Shown: positions 28,566 through 42,075, counted from the stretch's first letter. The stretch: 42,075 bases of DNA from Tubiluchus corallicola (GCA_030141605.1 JAQGDQ010001414.1:1-42075), one strand, 5' to 3'. Made by a program: numbers and translations. The notes: generated by a model not told the origin, from the letters alone.

Positions 28566-29599
28566 GCAACAAAATAACAGGAAATTAGAAATTCCATTGA
28601 ATGCTTTACCTAAATTATTCGTCTGTAACATTCAGTTCAAATCAATGTGGCTGGACAACCTTTGCTTTTCTGCCAAATCACGTTTGCGACCCTTTATAGG
28701 CCTTTTTTGGATTTATCCGTGGTCACAGGTTGCCCATAGTCTTCTGAACTAGACATTATTAATTAGAGAATAAATGTCAATACAAGTGAAGGTTAAGCAG
28801 TCCTTGTTTCGTGAAATTTTCACATGAACATCATGAAATAATCGCAACAATTCTATTATCCTAAGTGCGCAGCCATTGCTCTGCGCTGATTGGCTTGTTT
28901 GATCACGTGACTGGACATAGATCGTTTGGTCAAGGATCGGTTGGACTTGGATCGTTTCGGTCAGTGATTGCGTTTTGGAGGCAGGAAAATAAAGCGGACA
29001 CTGATTCTCGAAATAAACTTCAGATGGCAGCACTATCTAATTTTCCATGAAATGTGACTTAGATCGTTCTTCCCCTGTGCTCTTCGTTTTTGTTTCAGTA
29101 ATAAGACAATATAAAATACAAATACACTAATAAAATGAAATAAAAACTACAAGATTAAATATATATATGTACATGGTTTGTAAATTAAAAGCTAAATAAA
29201 TTTTAGGGGCTAATTATGTAATAATACGTTCCATTTCACAAATAAAGCAAGATCTATATGTGTTAATATTAACATGTCAGTTCTAAGAGCTATTGTTGGC
29301 CTGTTTCTGCGAAGTTAACTTCAGTGGGTTAGCTAATAGGCTAACAAGGGAGCAGTCTCTCCCCTCGGGCATATTTTCAAAGAGAGGGCACTTTTTCAAC
29401 GATTTTTAAACTCTTTAGTTCACTGGTTCGATAAAACTGGAGTCTGTTTTTTATTTGTTTTTGATTGTTTGGGTTGGGAAGAATTTTCTGAACAAATTAC
29501 TTTCTTTACGATTATATTTTTCTCATGTTTTGATTTTAAACACAAAATTATAATGTATAATCAATGCGCTAAAAATGCTTGGTACGTATCAAGGCGCCA

Positions 29600-30897
29600 T
29601 TTTAGGTGCCTGCTCCCCTTAACTTTAGAACCTGGATACGCCCTTTGATAATCCTTCACAAAATTTCTTCAAATGCTGGGGGTGACGGCACAAGACTCAA
29701 GTGATTCTTAATCTTTTAATCTTTTTAGGTGCTTGCTCCCCTTATCGTTAAAACCTGGATACGCCCCTGGATAACCCTTCACAAAATTTCTTCAAATATT
29801 GGGGGGTGACGGCACACGACTCAAGTGATTCGTAATCTTTTAATCTCTTTAGGTGCTTGCTCCCCTTAACTTTAGAACCTGGATACGCCCCTGGATAACC
29901 CTTCACAAAATTTCTTCAAATGCTGGGGGTGACGGCACAAGACTCAAGTGATTCTTAATCTTTTAATCTTTTTAGGTGCTTGCTCCCCTTATCGTTAAAA
30001 CCTGGCTACGCCCCTGGATAACCCTTCACAAAATTTCTTCAAATGCTGGGGGGTGACGGCACAAGACTCAAGTGATTTTTAATCTTTTAGGTGCTTGCTC
30101 CCCTTAGCGTTAAAACCTGGATACGCCCCTGGATAACCCTTCACAAAATTTCTTCAAATGCTGGGGGTGACGGCACAAGACTCAAGTGATTTTTAATCTT
30201 TTAGGTGCTTGCTCCCCTTATCGTTAAAACCTGGATACGCCCCTGGATAACCCTTCACAAAATTTCTTCAAATGCTGGGGGGTGACGGCACAAGACTCAA
30301 GTGATTTTTAATCTTTTAGGTGCTTGCTCCCCTTAACGTTAAAACCTGGATACGCCCCTGGATAACCCTTCACAAAATTTCTTCAAATGCTGGGGGGTGA
30401 CGGCACAAGACTCAAGTGATTTTTAATCGTTTTAGGTGCTTGCTCCCCTTATCGTTAAAACCTGGATACGCCCCTGGATAACCCTTCACAAAATTTCTTC
30501 AAATGCTGGGGGGTGACGGCACAAGACTCAAGTGATTCTTAATCTTTTAGGTGTTTGCTCCCCTTATCGTTAAAACCTGGCTACGCCCCTGGATAACCCT
30601 TCACAAAATTTCTTCAAATGCTGGGGGGTGACGGCACAAGACTCAAGTGATTCTTAATCTTTTAGGTGTTTGCTCCCCTTATCGTTAAAACCTGGCTACG
30701 CCCCTGGATAACCCTTCACAAAATTTCTTCAAATGCTGGGGGGTGACGGCACAAGACTCAAGTGATTCTTAATCTTTTAGGTGCTTGCTCCCCTTATCGT
30801 TAAAACCTGGCTACGCCCCTGGATAACCCTTCACAAAATTTCTTCAAATGCTGGGGGGTGACGGCACAAGACTCAAGTGATTCTTAATCTTTTAATC
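29600..30897. repeat. 115-124-bp tandem repeat, ~11 copies
   Basis: Unit TTAGGTGCTTGCTCCCCTTATCGTTAAAACCTGGATACGCCCCTGGATAACCCTTCACAAAATTTCTTCAAATGCTGGGGGGTGACGGCACAAGACTCAAGTGATTCTTAATCTT. Confidence 0.96.
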
Positions 30898-31420
30898 CCT
30901 TAAATCCTTGAAAATTGCGTGCACATTTCAGCAGAATACCAAACCCTGCAATCTCTCAGAAACACCAACTTTCCAACAGTAATTCTTGCTAGAAACTTAA
31001 TCCAAAGACGTTTTGAATAAAAACAAACAGACGGAATTGACAGACGGAGAGAAATCTTCTCTTTTCCACTCAGATTCGTCTGCTCCGTTGATACCAGGTC
31101 CTCAACAAAGAGTGCTGAAAAACTTGACTTACTTAAGTCTTACTTAAGTTTCACTGCTAGAGATTCTGTATTCACAGCTTCGCGTTTGACTGGGAGGTGA
31201 TAATTGACTACAGGCGAAGAGTCTACTGCAACAACTACGTTTGAAAATTAAGAAATTCTCGGTTTTAGTAGTGGAGTTTTCTATTTACATACTTGTAGAA
31301 TAGAACTGCAGTAGTAATTATATACATAGTTTCTTGGGTACTTCCTACAGTTATTTACATGAGATAAATACTTAATTTGCAACACGGAAATGTATTTCGG
31401 GCAATTATTATTGTTATAAA

Positions 31421-32495
<1,075 letters not shown>

Positions 32496-32743
32496 TCGGC
32501 ATAAATTATTAATTGTGTCTGGTATCATCATTCTCTGCTATTAATCTAAGATCAAACTTTTTTTATGTGTCTGACATATCGAAAATACACCTTAGTCGCC
32601 ACCTGGCGTTCAAAAATGAAATCATTACACACATGTAGTCATCAACAACTGTTGCATGATCTTAGACCTCATTCCTGGAGTTTATTAAAATATATTAATA
32701 CTTTTGTCAATTATTGGACATGGTGTTCTATTTTATGTTTTAA

Positions 32744-33345
32744 AGGTAGACAGGATGATTTTTCATATACTACCCCATTTTCATGTATGATAAAAAGTAT
32801 ACATTTTTCACAATTAATACTGCAAAAGCGTTTCTGATAATTAAATAATAGATTAAAAACTTAATTAACGGCAGTCGAGCCCAACTGTTGATGACATCAC
32901 AAACTAACATAATTTTCAACAGTAAAAATATTCCACGAGCGTGTTGCACGTGTTTGCGAAAGCGAAAATTGAAGTACAGTGCTACTGTAAGATATTCAGT
33001 GTGTTGTACTAAAACTAGGCAAGTTTTAAGATAAAAATTCAAATTTCAAATTTACCTGTCGATCGTGTGCAGTTCGTCACAAACTAACACATCTGAACTG
33101 AGAGGTACAGCGCCCGTTTTTGTGCAATGCGTTTCCGAAATGCAGACGTTAGTTAGTGCCCGTCTAACTAGCCAATGGTGAAATGCATGTAACAGCGAAG
33201 AACTAGTGGCGCGAACGTGAAATTGTGTTTGTGTGGTAATAATTCTTTCACGTAAGTCATTTTTGAAGAAATAGTATGTTTCCTTTCACTATTTTAAAGC
33301 GTAGATTGTTTTGATCTACAGTTTAAGATTTGGTCTGGTTTTGCT
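32744..33345 (+). mobile_element. Kolobok-like non-autonomous element (family E)
   Basis: TTAA-AG...CT-TTAA boundaries (32740-32743, 33346-33349); homologues at 19924-20544, 38095-38212 (partial, inverted) and 40692-40812 (partial). Confidence 0.75.
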
Positions 33346-34887
33346 TTAACTATTATTAACATGCCAAGGACCATTATGGAAATATTGTGTTTAAAATTTA
33401 ATCTGATATGGGTTAAAAAATTTAAATTCTATTCTGACTTATCAACATCATCAAAATTCTCAGAATTCAGTGTCGGCCATTTTGCCTTATGAAGGCAACG
33501 CACAAAGACTAAACCGGCTCCATTAATATGCACGCTTTACCCGTTTAACGGTCATTTTATGGAAATATCAAACGCTGTTTCATTTCAACGTTGATTCGTG
33601 TTCCGGTTCGGAAGCGACGGGTTGACGGATTCATTTCGGATTAAAGTCGGCGGCGAACCGAATTGGCTTCGTGCGCATAAATGCAATAATGTTTGTGTGA
33701 CGAATGACAATTATTCTAATGTACTCGGGATTACGGTTTACAAAGCGTTTAAATTCTCAACTGAGCCTTGCAATGGATGTGTTGAAATTGGAATACTTAA
33801 GCATCAATCCCTCATTCCACATCACGTCATCTGTAGAAATTTTGCAATCATTTTATTATAAAACGTAGACTATGTTCACCTCAATCACAAAATTGAACAA
33901 ACAGTCATAAAGTTAGCACTATGATATTTAACAGTAGAAATTTTGCATCCTTTCTCAATTCTGTCTCTAGATCAACTGAAACTTGCATGCCTGAGAGAAT
34001 AGAGCTGTGATCACATGACCAGAAATTCAAGTTCCTATTGGAAGGTACATCACATTCATGCGTACATACCATAAATGGAAAGGTCACCTATACTCTACAG
34101 ACTACTAGTCAAACCAAAATCAAAGTCTACTTGGCTTCTTTGATAGCAGAATAAAGATTATTGGTTTACAGAAAGCTGTGTTATAATGTTGTAATTTTTC
34201 TCTATTTAAACTTGAATAAGAGAGTTAGAACCAGAATTAAAGCATGAAATTAACAACCTAATTACTCTGATTAATGATTATCTATAAAAGCAAAAGTAAA
34301 CAATATTTAGAAACAAAAATCAATCTCTGACAAACTTTGCACAATTAGAGTAAAACAACGACTGTAGATGGCAGCATAGACTAATTCAGTACTTTAGTGT
34401 AGTAGACTGACAATTAAATGGATCACATAATACTACAATCGCGTCCTCGGTACAATAAGCGACACCAACAAATAGCATAAACACATAGAATCTATTAACA
34501 TGTTCAGTGTTAAATAAAATTGTATGACAGATGACTACATTCTTTTGTCTTGTGACTTTCAAGTTTCGCGCATTAGCACTGCAGCAATTATCTGACAGAG
34601 CGTCATTTTGTCTGACCAGTGTCCAGAGATCACTCAAAACAGCTCAGTCACTATGGTAAAAGCCCTCATATCTATGATAATGTCCAGTAATTAATTTCAC
34701 GGCAGACATTAACAATTAGTCTATGCTGCCATCTACAGTGGTTGTTTTACTCTAATTGTACAAATTCAGCGCTTTAGTGTAGTGGATTGACAATTAAATG
34801 GATCACATAATACTACAATCGCGTACTCGGTACAATAAGCGACATCATCGTAGTCGGACGCCTGATGAATTACTCTTTTAGGACTAT

Positions 34888-35430
34888 CAATGGCGGCTCG
34901 TAGATGAAATGAGTGTCGGTGCTGCTTCAGAAAATTTTTAGTCATTGTTTTACTGTGTGAAATGAAGCAAACATGTAATTTTACTGTTGTAATTGTAATT
35001 GAAAAACAATTGAACATACAAAAAATTATATAGAAACGTGATAAAATCCGAAACAAAAAAATATTTTTTGCTTACTAGAATCCAAATTGTCGCAGTCAGT
35101 TCAAGTTTGATCCATTCACGGTAAGCACGTGACAACTGACAAACTGTGTGAGCGACAATACTTTCTCTACCTAGCATCAAACGCTAGCAGTGCAGCTTAC
35201 AGTGTGTTATCTCAGACATGTGCGCATGCGCACAACAGCCAAACACCTGATTGCTGGAGTGCACTGTGCTGGACTGTGAAGCAAACAGTACTACCCTCAC
35301 GTGCTCTGGTCCCGTACAAGTGTAAAGAAAGAACTAAAGAAAAAAGACTTGTTATATTGAATATTATCGACAATATTGAGTGAAAACAGGGTGCTGCAGT
35401 TCCACAGTATCTATACAGGTGGCGCCACTG
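34888..35430 (+). mobile_element. Family B hAT-like element, diverged copy
   Basis: CAATGGCGGCTCG ... GTGGCGCCACTG ends; internal homology to 5180-5455; no intact TSD. Confidence 0.7.
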
Positions 35431-35676
35431 CTCTGGTGCGTGTTGAATTATTCTTTTAGGTCTATATATGTTGCATATGATTTATATACTAATTATGGGA
35501 AAGCAACAAATTTGATTTAGCACATTGCTTCAATCACAACGTTTATACATAATTTCAAAGAAGCAATAAAAACGCTAAATCACATAAAAATTACAAAAGA
35601 AAATATATAAATTCATAAAAATTACACTAATGAAAAAATTACAAGTATTTTACAAAATTACAGTGAAACCTCGTGT

Positions 35677-36005
35677 ACAGGTACTGTGGAACTGCAGCAC
35701 CCCTTATGTTCACTCGATAACATTCAATAAAACGTATTTTTTCTTTAGTTCTTTCTTTATACCTTATTATACTTCCTTACGGAACCAGAGCACGTGAGGG
35801 TAGTACTGTTTGCTTCACAGCCCAGCACAGTGCACTCCTTCAGGTATTTGGCTGTTGTGCGCATGCGGAAATAAGCACATGTCTGAGCCCAGGTAGAAAA
35901 AGTACTGTCCCTCACACAGTTTGCTGTCAGGCGTCACGTGCTTACCGTGAATGGATCAAGCTTGAACTGCGATAATTTAGGCTATTAGTAAGCAAGAAAT
36001 ATTTT
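35677..36005 (-). mobile_element. Family B partial copy, inverted
   Basis: CTGTGGAACTGCAGCACCC...GAACCAGAGCACGTGAGGGTAGTACTGTTTGCTTCACAG is the reverse complement of 35275-35408. Confidence 0.75.
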
Positions 36006-36086
36006 GTATCTACATTAGTACAATAATATTTTAATAATTATATCGAAAATCGACAAAACATAACGGTCCAATGAGTACAGTACATT

Positions 36087-36466
36087 CTATGTTGAAATCG
36101 GAAACACGCTGACATTCTTGGCCGCCATATTTAAGTAGTCATACTTTTCTGGAAAACAACCTTTTACGGAGAAAACGGATTTTGTGCTAGAGGGCGTACA
36201 GTAGGCCTTTAAATCTTCATCGGCATTGTACCACCGTGAAAGCACCTCGTCTTTGTACAGCAGGTATAAAGGTTTGTTCTCACTTATGGTACGCCCTTTG
36301 GTTTCAAAGTACAAGCTTTTGTCCCACCAAATTTCTTTGTGCAAAAGAAACGCGTTGTCCAGTATGTGATAGTCGTAGTCACGGAGACACATCTCGAAGT
36401 GATGCTGTTGTCTGTCGTAACCGTTTCCTCGAAATCTTTCATCGTGCATAGGTTCACTGTTGTCAC
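36087..36466 (-). CDS. Probable terminal exon of a GT49 glycosyltransferase (B4GAT1/LARGE-type beta-1,4-glucuronyltransferase-like)
   Basis: EPMHDERFRGNGYDRQQHHFEMCLRDYDYHILDNAFLLHK matches the GT49 C-terminal motif (P.(F/Y)DER...G.......(C/H)..(D/G)(Y/F)DF.(I/V)L(D/N).(A/G)FL.H). Acceptor-like TTGACTCTTCTAG directly precedes 36466; stop TAG at 36087-36089. Confidence 0.8.
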
Positions 36467-36789
36467 CTAGAAGAGTCAATGCCTTACTACAATGTTTTTG
36501 GGAATTTGGCACAATATAAACTTTTATCATTGACAAATTACAGAAATAAAAGACTTTACCGGTCTATGGTATCAGTACTTAGTTGTTAGACTGGCAATGT
36601 CAGTTAAAAGTAACTTTAAGCAACTCAGATTTCTTTGTGAAAGAGAAAAACAAGATGTATTTTAGCAAAAAAAAGACAAAACGAAACAGAGAGGAGAAAG
36701 AAGAAGCAGTGAAAGAGGCAGACAGAGAAAGAATGAGAAAATGTGTGTGAGATAGTGAGTGAGTGAGTGGGTGTGTGAGTGAGTGAGTG

Positions 36790-37318
36790 AGTGAGAGACA
36801 GGAAAAAGAAAGAAGTAATAACATGGAGACAGAAAAAGATGGAGAAAATGTGTGTGTGGGTGAGTGTGAGTGAGTGAGTGAGTGAGTGAGAGACAGACAG
36901 GAGAAAGAAAGAAGTAATAACATGGAGACCGAAAAAGATGGAGAAAATGTGTGTGTGTGTGTGTGTGTGAGTGAGTGAGTGAGTGAGTGAGAGACAGACA
37001 GGAGAAAGAAAGAAGTAATAACATGGAGACAGAAAAAGATGGAGAAAATGTGTGTGTGTGAGTGAGTGAGTGAGTGAGAGACAGATAGGAGAAAGAAAGA
37101 AGTAATAACATGGAGACAGAAAAAGATGGAGAAAATGTGTGTGTGTGTGAGTGAGTGAGAGACAGACAGGAGAAAGAAAGAAGTAATAACATGGAGACAG
37201 AAAAAGATGGAGAAAATGTGAGTGTGAGTGAGTGAGTGAGTGACAGACAGGAGAAAGAAAGAAGTAATAACATGGAGACAGAAAAAGATGGAGAAAATGT
37301 GTGTGTGGGTGAGTGTGT
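36790..37318. repeat. Tandem repeat (~6 copies): constant core plus variable (TG)n(AGTG)n spacer
   Basis: Core GAGACAGACAGGAGAAAGAAAGAAGTAATAACATGGAGACAGAAAAAGATGGAGAAAATG. Confidence 0.92.
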
Positions 37319-37395
37319 TTTTATGGTTGACAAATTACAGAAATAAAACACTATAGACTTTACTGTTCTATGATATCAATACGATGTGGCCGAGT

Positions 37396-37855
37396 GGACA
37401 AAAGAGGACACAAAAGAGGACACAAGAGGGACAAAAGAGGCCACAAAACGGACAAAACAGGATACAAGAGCGACAAAAGAGGACACAAAAGGGACAAAAC
37501 AGGATACAAGAGGGACAAAACAGGACACAACAGGGAAAAAAGAGGACACAAGAGGGACAAAAGAGGACACAAGAGGGACAAAAGAGGACACAAAAGGGAC
37601 AAAACAGGATACAAGAGGGACAAAAGAGGACACAAAAGGGACAAAAGAGGACACAAAAGGGACAAAAGAGGACACAAGAGTGACAAAAGAGGACACAAAG
37701 GGACAAAAGAGGACAAAAGAGGACACAAAAGGGACAAAAGAGGACAAAAGAGGACACAATAGGGACAAAAGAGGACACAAGAGGGACAAAAGAGGACACA
37801 AGAGGGACAAAAGAGGACACAAAGGGACAAAAGAGGACACAAGAGGGACAAAAGA
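37396..37855. repeat. ~21-bp purine-rich minisatellite
   Basis: GGACAAAAGAGGACACAAGAG units. Confidence 0.95.
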
Positions 37856-38320
37856 GACAGAGGGGAGAAGAAAGAAGCATTAAAAGATGCAGATAGAGAA
37901 AGAATGAGAAAATGTGTGAGTGAGTGAGCGATTAAGTGAGCTACTGAGTGAGCGAGTGACTCAGTAAGTGGAAAATGATACGGAAAATAATCTTGTGTAT
38001 CTAATCTTAGTCGGCTACACCATCATATAAATGAGTCCATTATATCCAAAGCACGAAAGACATTTCCCATCTAAAAATCTCTCGGAATAATTTAGTTAAT
38101 CTATTCTTTAATAATCAGAAACGCTTTTGCATTATTAATTACGCTTAAATGTCTAATTTTTATCAGGTTTGAAAAGGGGTAGTATATGAAAAATCATCCT
38201 GTTTTCCTTTAAGTTTAAAAGCTGATTTAAATTTGTTAAAATGTACTAAAATTTTAAGTATAACTAAGATTTAACCAGACAGTTTGGAAATAATATTTTA
38301 TATATTTACAAAATGATGTA

Positions 38321-38802
38321 CCGTATTTTCCCATGTATAAGAGACCCTTGTGTATAAGAGACCCCTTCAATTTTTAGGCAAAAATTCTGGAAAAAAGTTT
38401 TTTGACAATGAATAACTTTATTCATCATAGAAATCATTAAATTCCTCATCACTCTCATCAAAAATATCAACTGGAGTCAGACCTTCAGCAATTCCAGCCA
38501 GTTCATCATCAGAGGAGTCACTCTGCTCAAAAATGGCATTGTCCTCTTTTGACATTTAAAAAAATAATAACTTACCCGGTACATTAATTTTATCATTAGA
38601 ATTTAGCCATGGAGAAGATTTATTGAAAGGAAACTATAATTATTCGAAATAAAACAGTTGTAGAGCACTTATTTCTTTAAAATCATTAGTGTCACAATTT
38701 ATGCATCTTATTGAAAAGACTTACTCCCATGTATAAGAGACCCCCTATTTTTAAAGTGAAAATTCTGAGCAAAAAGGGTCTCTTATACACGGGAAAATAC
38801 GG
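38321..38802 (-). mobile_element. Internally deleted pogo/Tc1-mariner-type DNA transposon
   Basis: TA TSD; TIR CCGTATTTTCCCATGTATAAGAGACCC / GGGTCTCTTATACACGGGAAAATACGG. Minus strand ~38550-38417 encodes the acidic tail KEDNAIFEQSDSSDDELAG...IFDESDEEFNDFYDE*, typical of pogo-like transposase C-termini. Confidence 0.87.
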
Positions 38803-39563
38803 TACTATTGTCAATGGTCACCGGCTAACTGGAAGGTTTACTTTTAATAATAAAGCTATTAATAGCTACAACGTCTGACTTCATTAAGCATTTATTATGA
38901 AATGCTTAAAAAATAAAAGGAATTTTGAGCTCAAATATTTTTATATTTGCATTAATAGGTGTTACTTTTCAGCGTAGCACCTTTCAAACAATAAAGGTCA
39001 AAGATCAAGGTCTGATCAAAAGGTCTAAGGTCGTGATTTCCAAAGAACGTTCTTTCCAATATAAGGAACGGCTCCATGCAACTGTTTGTGGTGCGTTCGT
39101 GCATGCTAAAGAACATTCTTCCCAATATAAGTAATCACGACAAACAACTGTTTGTGGTGCGTTAGTGATCCGTCAAGTCAGTTTAGCTGGTTCAGAGTAG
39201 TTTTTGTGAAATTTCAGTTCTCTGTTCTGTAATCGGGAAGCAAAATTTTACGTTAAATGTAACAAATTACTTTTGCTTCAAATGCCGTCTGGTTCGCGAA
39301 TGTTTTGTGACCGAAAAAAATTATTTTTTTGGAGACCGAATACTTTTATTTTCGACTTAATAGAATGAGAATTATATATTTTATTTAATTTTGAAACCTA
39401 GTCCGTGGAGTACAACTAAGTAAATATAATGATAAAAAACACTACTAAAACCGATTTAAAAACTTGTTTACAGAGCATGCGCACTAGTGCACAAAAGTAT
39501 TATATTGTTCCCCATTTAGTAAAAATACAAAAATTCATACACATCAAAATTTAATATACATTG

Positions 39564-39659
39564 TATTAAAATATTGAACTGCTGGTGGCACCTCGCCACC
39601 CCGGGGGTGGTTATTAAAATATTGAACTGCTGGTGGCACCTCGCCACCCCCCGGGGGTG
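39564..39659. repeat. 48-bp direct duplication
   Basis: TATTAAAATATTGAACTGCTGGTGGCACCTCGCCACCCC..GGGG(G)TG occurs twice. Confidence 0.9.
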
Positions 39660-40149
39660 ATTCGGGCCTGCAGGCACGGATGTGGGGCAGTCTATTAATG
39701 ATTTCTACACAAGCACAATAAACAAAGCTGAATTAAATAATGTTGACTATTTAACTGGAAAAAGATTTACATATTACAAGGCCTAAACTAAGAAATTAAA
39801 GAAAAACAGAACAAAGAAATAAGGTGGAGAGACTGGTACCTAACTTGCCATATAGCGGGTAGTAAGAGGGCTCTAAATCTGATAGAAGAAACACAAGCAC
39901 AAGAACAACCAACCTTACACAACACGATTATCACCGTAGCTTCATGACTATGAAACTATCAAGCCTACTGCATTTACCTTTACAGACAGACAGGCCAGGT
40001 TGCAATCGTCAGATTACGGCATGCATTGTGTTTTATACAGATACATTTGCATTACTGGGCTTCTCGACCATACCCATTACTAACATTAGGGGGTAGGTCA
40101 TATTCTGCCTTCGTAACAATATTATTAGATTGATTTATTCGGTTTTTAT

Positions 40150-40620
40150 GATTCATTTTATTTATTTATTTATAATACATCTATGAACTGAAGTCGAGAG
40201 ACTTATATGTCCATTAAAAACATGGTAAAACATATCGACAATGTACAGAAAGTAAAATTACTGCTAAAAGTAGAAAATGGTACAATATAAACACACAAGT
40301 AGGTGCAAATAAATTAAAAGTGCCGGTAAAAAGATTAAAACTTGATTAGTACGATAAAATTGTATATTTATGGTAAAAATTTACATCTTAGATCATATGT
40401 CAAATCGCATATTTTCTAGTAAATATTTTTTTTGAAGTTTCTTAAATTTATTTATATTACTGGCTTGTTTTATTTTGCTGGGTAAATTATTCCACATTAC
40501 AGCACCATTATACATGATTCACAACGTTTGTTCTGCATTTAGGAATACGGAATTTGTGGTATTGTCGAGTTTGATATGAATACGTACTGCTATATTTAAA
40601 CAGCTTTTCGTGTGAACACG
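40150..40620 (-). mobile_element. LINE (CR1/L2 group) 3' fragment
   Basis: Minus strand reads YSYQTRQYHKFRIPKCRTN..(frameshift)..MYNGAVMWNNLPSKIKQASNINKFKKLQKKYLL, followed by a UTR and a (TAAA)n tail. Confidence 0.8.
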
Positions 40621-40691
40621 ACAAAGTGTTGAATTTGAATATTTGCACGCATGCGCTGTAGTCATATAGGGTAATGAAAATAGCTTTCTTA

Positions 40692-40812
40692 GTTAAAGGA
40701 AGACAGGATGATTTTTCGTATACTACCCCATTTTCAAGCAGGATAAAAAGTATGCAAGTAAGTAATTAAGTATATAAAAAGTAATGCAATTAATACTGCA
40801 AAAGCGTTTCCG
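40692..40812 (+). mobile_element. Truncated 5' end of a family E element at the duplication breakpoint
   Basis: TTAAAGGAAGACAGGATGATTTTTCGTATACTACCCC...AATACTGCAAAAGCGTTTC, as at 32740-32834. Confidence 0.8.
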
Positions 40813-42075
40813 ATATCAACATAGAATGTACTGTACTCATTGGACCGTTATGTTTTGTCGATTTTCGATATAATTATTAAAATATTATTGTACTAATGTA
40901 GATACAAAATATTTCTTGCTTACTAATAGCCTAAATTATCGCAGTTCAAGCTTGATCCATTCACGGTAAGCACGTGACGCCTGACAGCAAACTGTGTGAG
41001 GGACAGTACTTTTTCTACCTGGGCTCAGACATGTGCTTATTTCCGCATGCGCACAACAGCCAAATACCTGAAGGAGTGCACTGTGCTGGGCTGTGAAGCA
41101 AACAGTACTGCCCTCACGTGCTCTGGTTCCGTAAGGAAGTATAATAAGGTATAAAGAAAGAACTAAAGAAAAAATACGTTTTATTGAATGTTATCGAGTG
41201 AACATAAGGGGTGCTGCAGTTCCACAGTACCTATACACGAGGTTTCACTGTAATTTTGTAAAATACTTGTAATTTTTTCATTAGTGTAATTTTTATGAAT
41301 TTATATATTTTCTTTTGTAATTTTTATGTGATTTAGCGTTTTTATTGCTTCTTTGAAATTATGTATAAACGTTGTGATTGAAGCAATGTGCTAAATCAAA
41401 TTTGTTGCTTTCCCATAATTAGTATATAAATCATATGCAACATATATAGACCTAAAAGAATAATTCAACACGCACCAGAGCAGTGGCGCCACCTGTATAG
41501 ATACTGTGGAACTGCAGCACCCTGTTTTCACTCAATATTGTCGATAATATTCAATATAACAAGTCTTTTTTCTTTAGTTCTTTCTTTACACTTGTACGGA
41601 ACCAGAGCACGTGAGGGTAGTACTGTTTGCTTCACAGTCCAGCACAGTGCGCTCCAGCAATGAGGTGTTTGGCTGTTGTGCGCATGCGCACATGTTTGAG
41701 ATAACAAGCTGTAAGCTGCACTGCTAGCGTTTGATGCTAGGTAGAGAAAGTATTGTCGCTCACACAGTTTGTCAGTTGTCACGTGCTTACCGTGAATGGA
41801 TCAAACTTGAACTGACTGCGACAATTTGGATTCTAGTAAGCAAAAAATATTTTTTTGTTTCGGATTTTATCACGTTTCTATATAATTTTTTGTATGTTCA
41901 ATTGTTTTTCAATTACAATTACAACAGTAAAATTACATGTTTGCTTCATTTCACACAGTAAAACAATGGCTAAAAATTTTCTGAAGCAGCACCGGCACTC
42001 ATTTCATCTACGAGCCGCCATTGATAGTCCTAAAAGAGTAATTCATCAGGCGTCCGACTACGATGATGTCGCTTA
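40806..42075. repeat. Arm 2 of the inverted duplication (runs to the window end)
   Basis: Reverse complement of 34836-36105. Confidence 0.95.

Larger units (their letters stand above)
34836..36105. repeat. Arm 1 of a 1270-bp near-identical inverted duplication
   Basis: Reverse complement of 40806-42075 with few substitutions; the ORF track reports identical or near-identical ORFs on opposite strands. Confidence 0.95.

Noticed and set aside
33971-34044. Possible + strand exon (good acceptor, AAG|GTACAT donor)
   Set aside because: Stops in all three frames and no homology; could only be a UTR exon and is unsupported.
34855-34890. Hammerhead ribozyme core (CTGATGA)
   Set aside because: No correctly placed GAAA or stems.

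Overview
AT-rich, repeat-saturated eukaryotic DNA, most likely from an invertebrate animal (5S/SINE, piggyBac, hAT, pogo and LINE relics; TTAGGG-like motifs). The species cannot be identified from sequence alone. Most ORFs in the supplied track are artefacts of micro- and minisatellites. Two host-gene signals are real. (1) A minus-strand cadherin-repeat gene (Cad99C/PCDH15/CDHR-like) at ~8060-10654. It is a pseudogene: removing two retroposon insertions, each with a clean target-site duplication, restores a 458-codon frame with one internal stop. (2) The apparent last exon of a GT49 (B4GAT1-like) glycosyltransferase at 36087-36466 (-). The retroposon in the cadherin gene is a 5S-rRNA-headed SINE whose body and tail look RTE-LINE derived, present as two inverted copies. 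The window also holds many non-autonomous DNA transposons with visible TIRs/TSDs, three LINE fragments and more than a dozen tandem arrays, several clearly born inside transposon ends. A ~1.27-kb near-identical inverted duplication brackets the glycosyltransferase exon. Family assignments are from remembered consensus motifs, not database searches.
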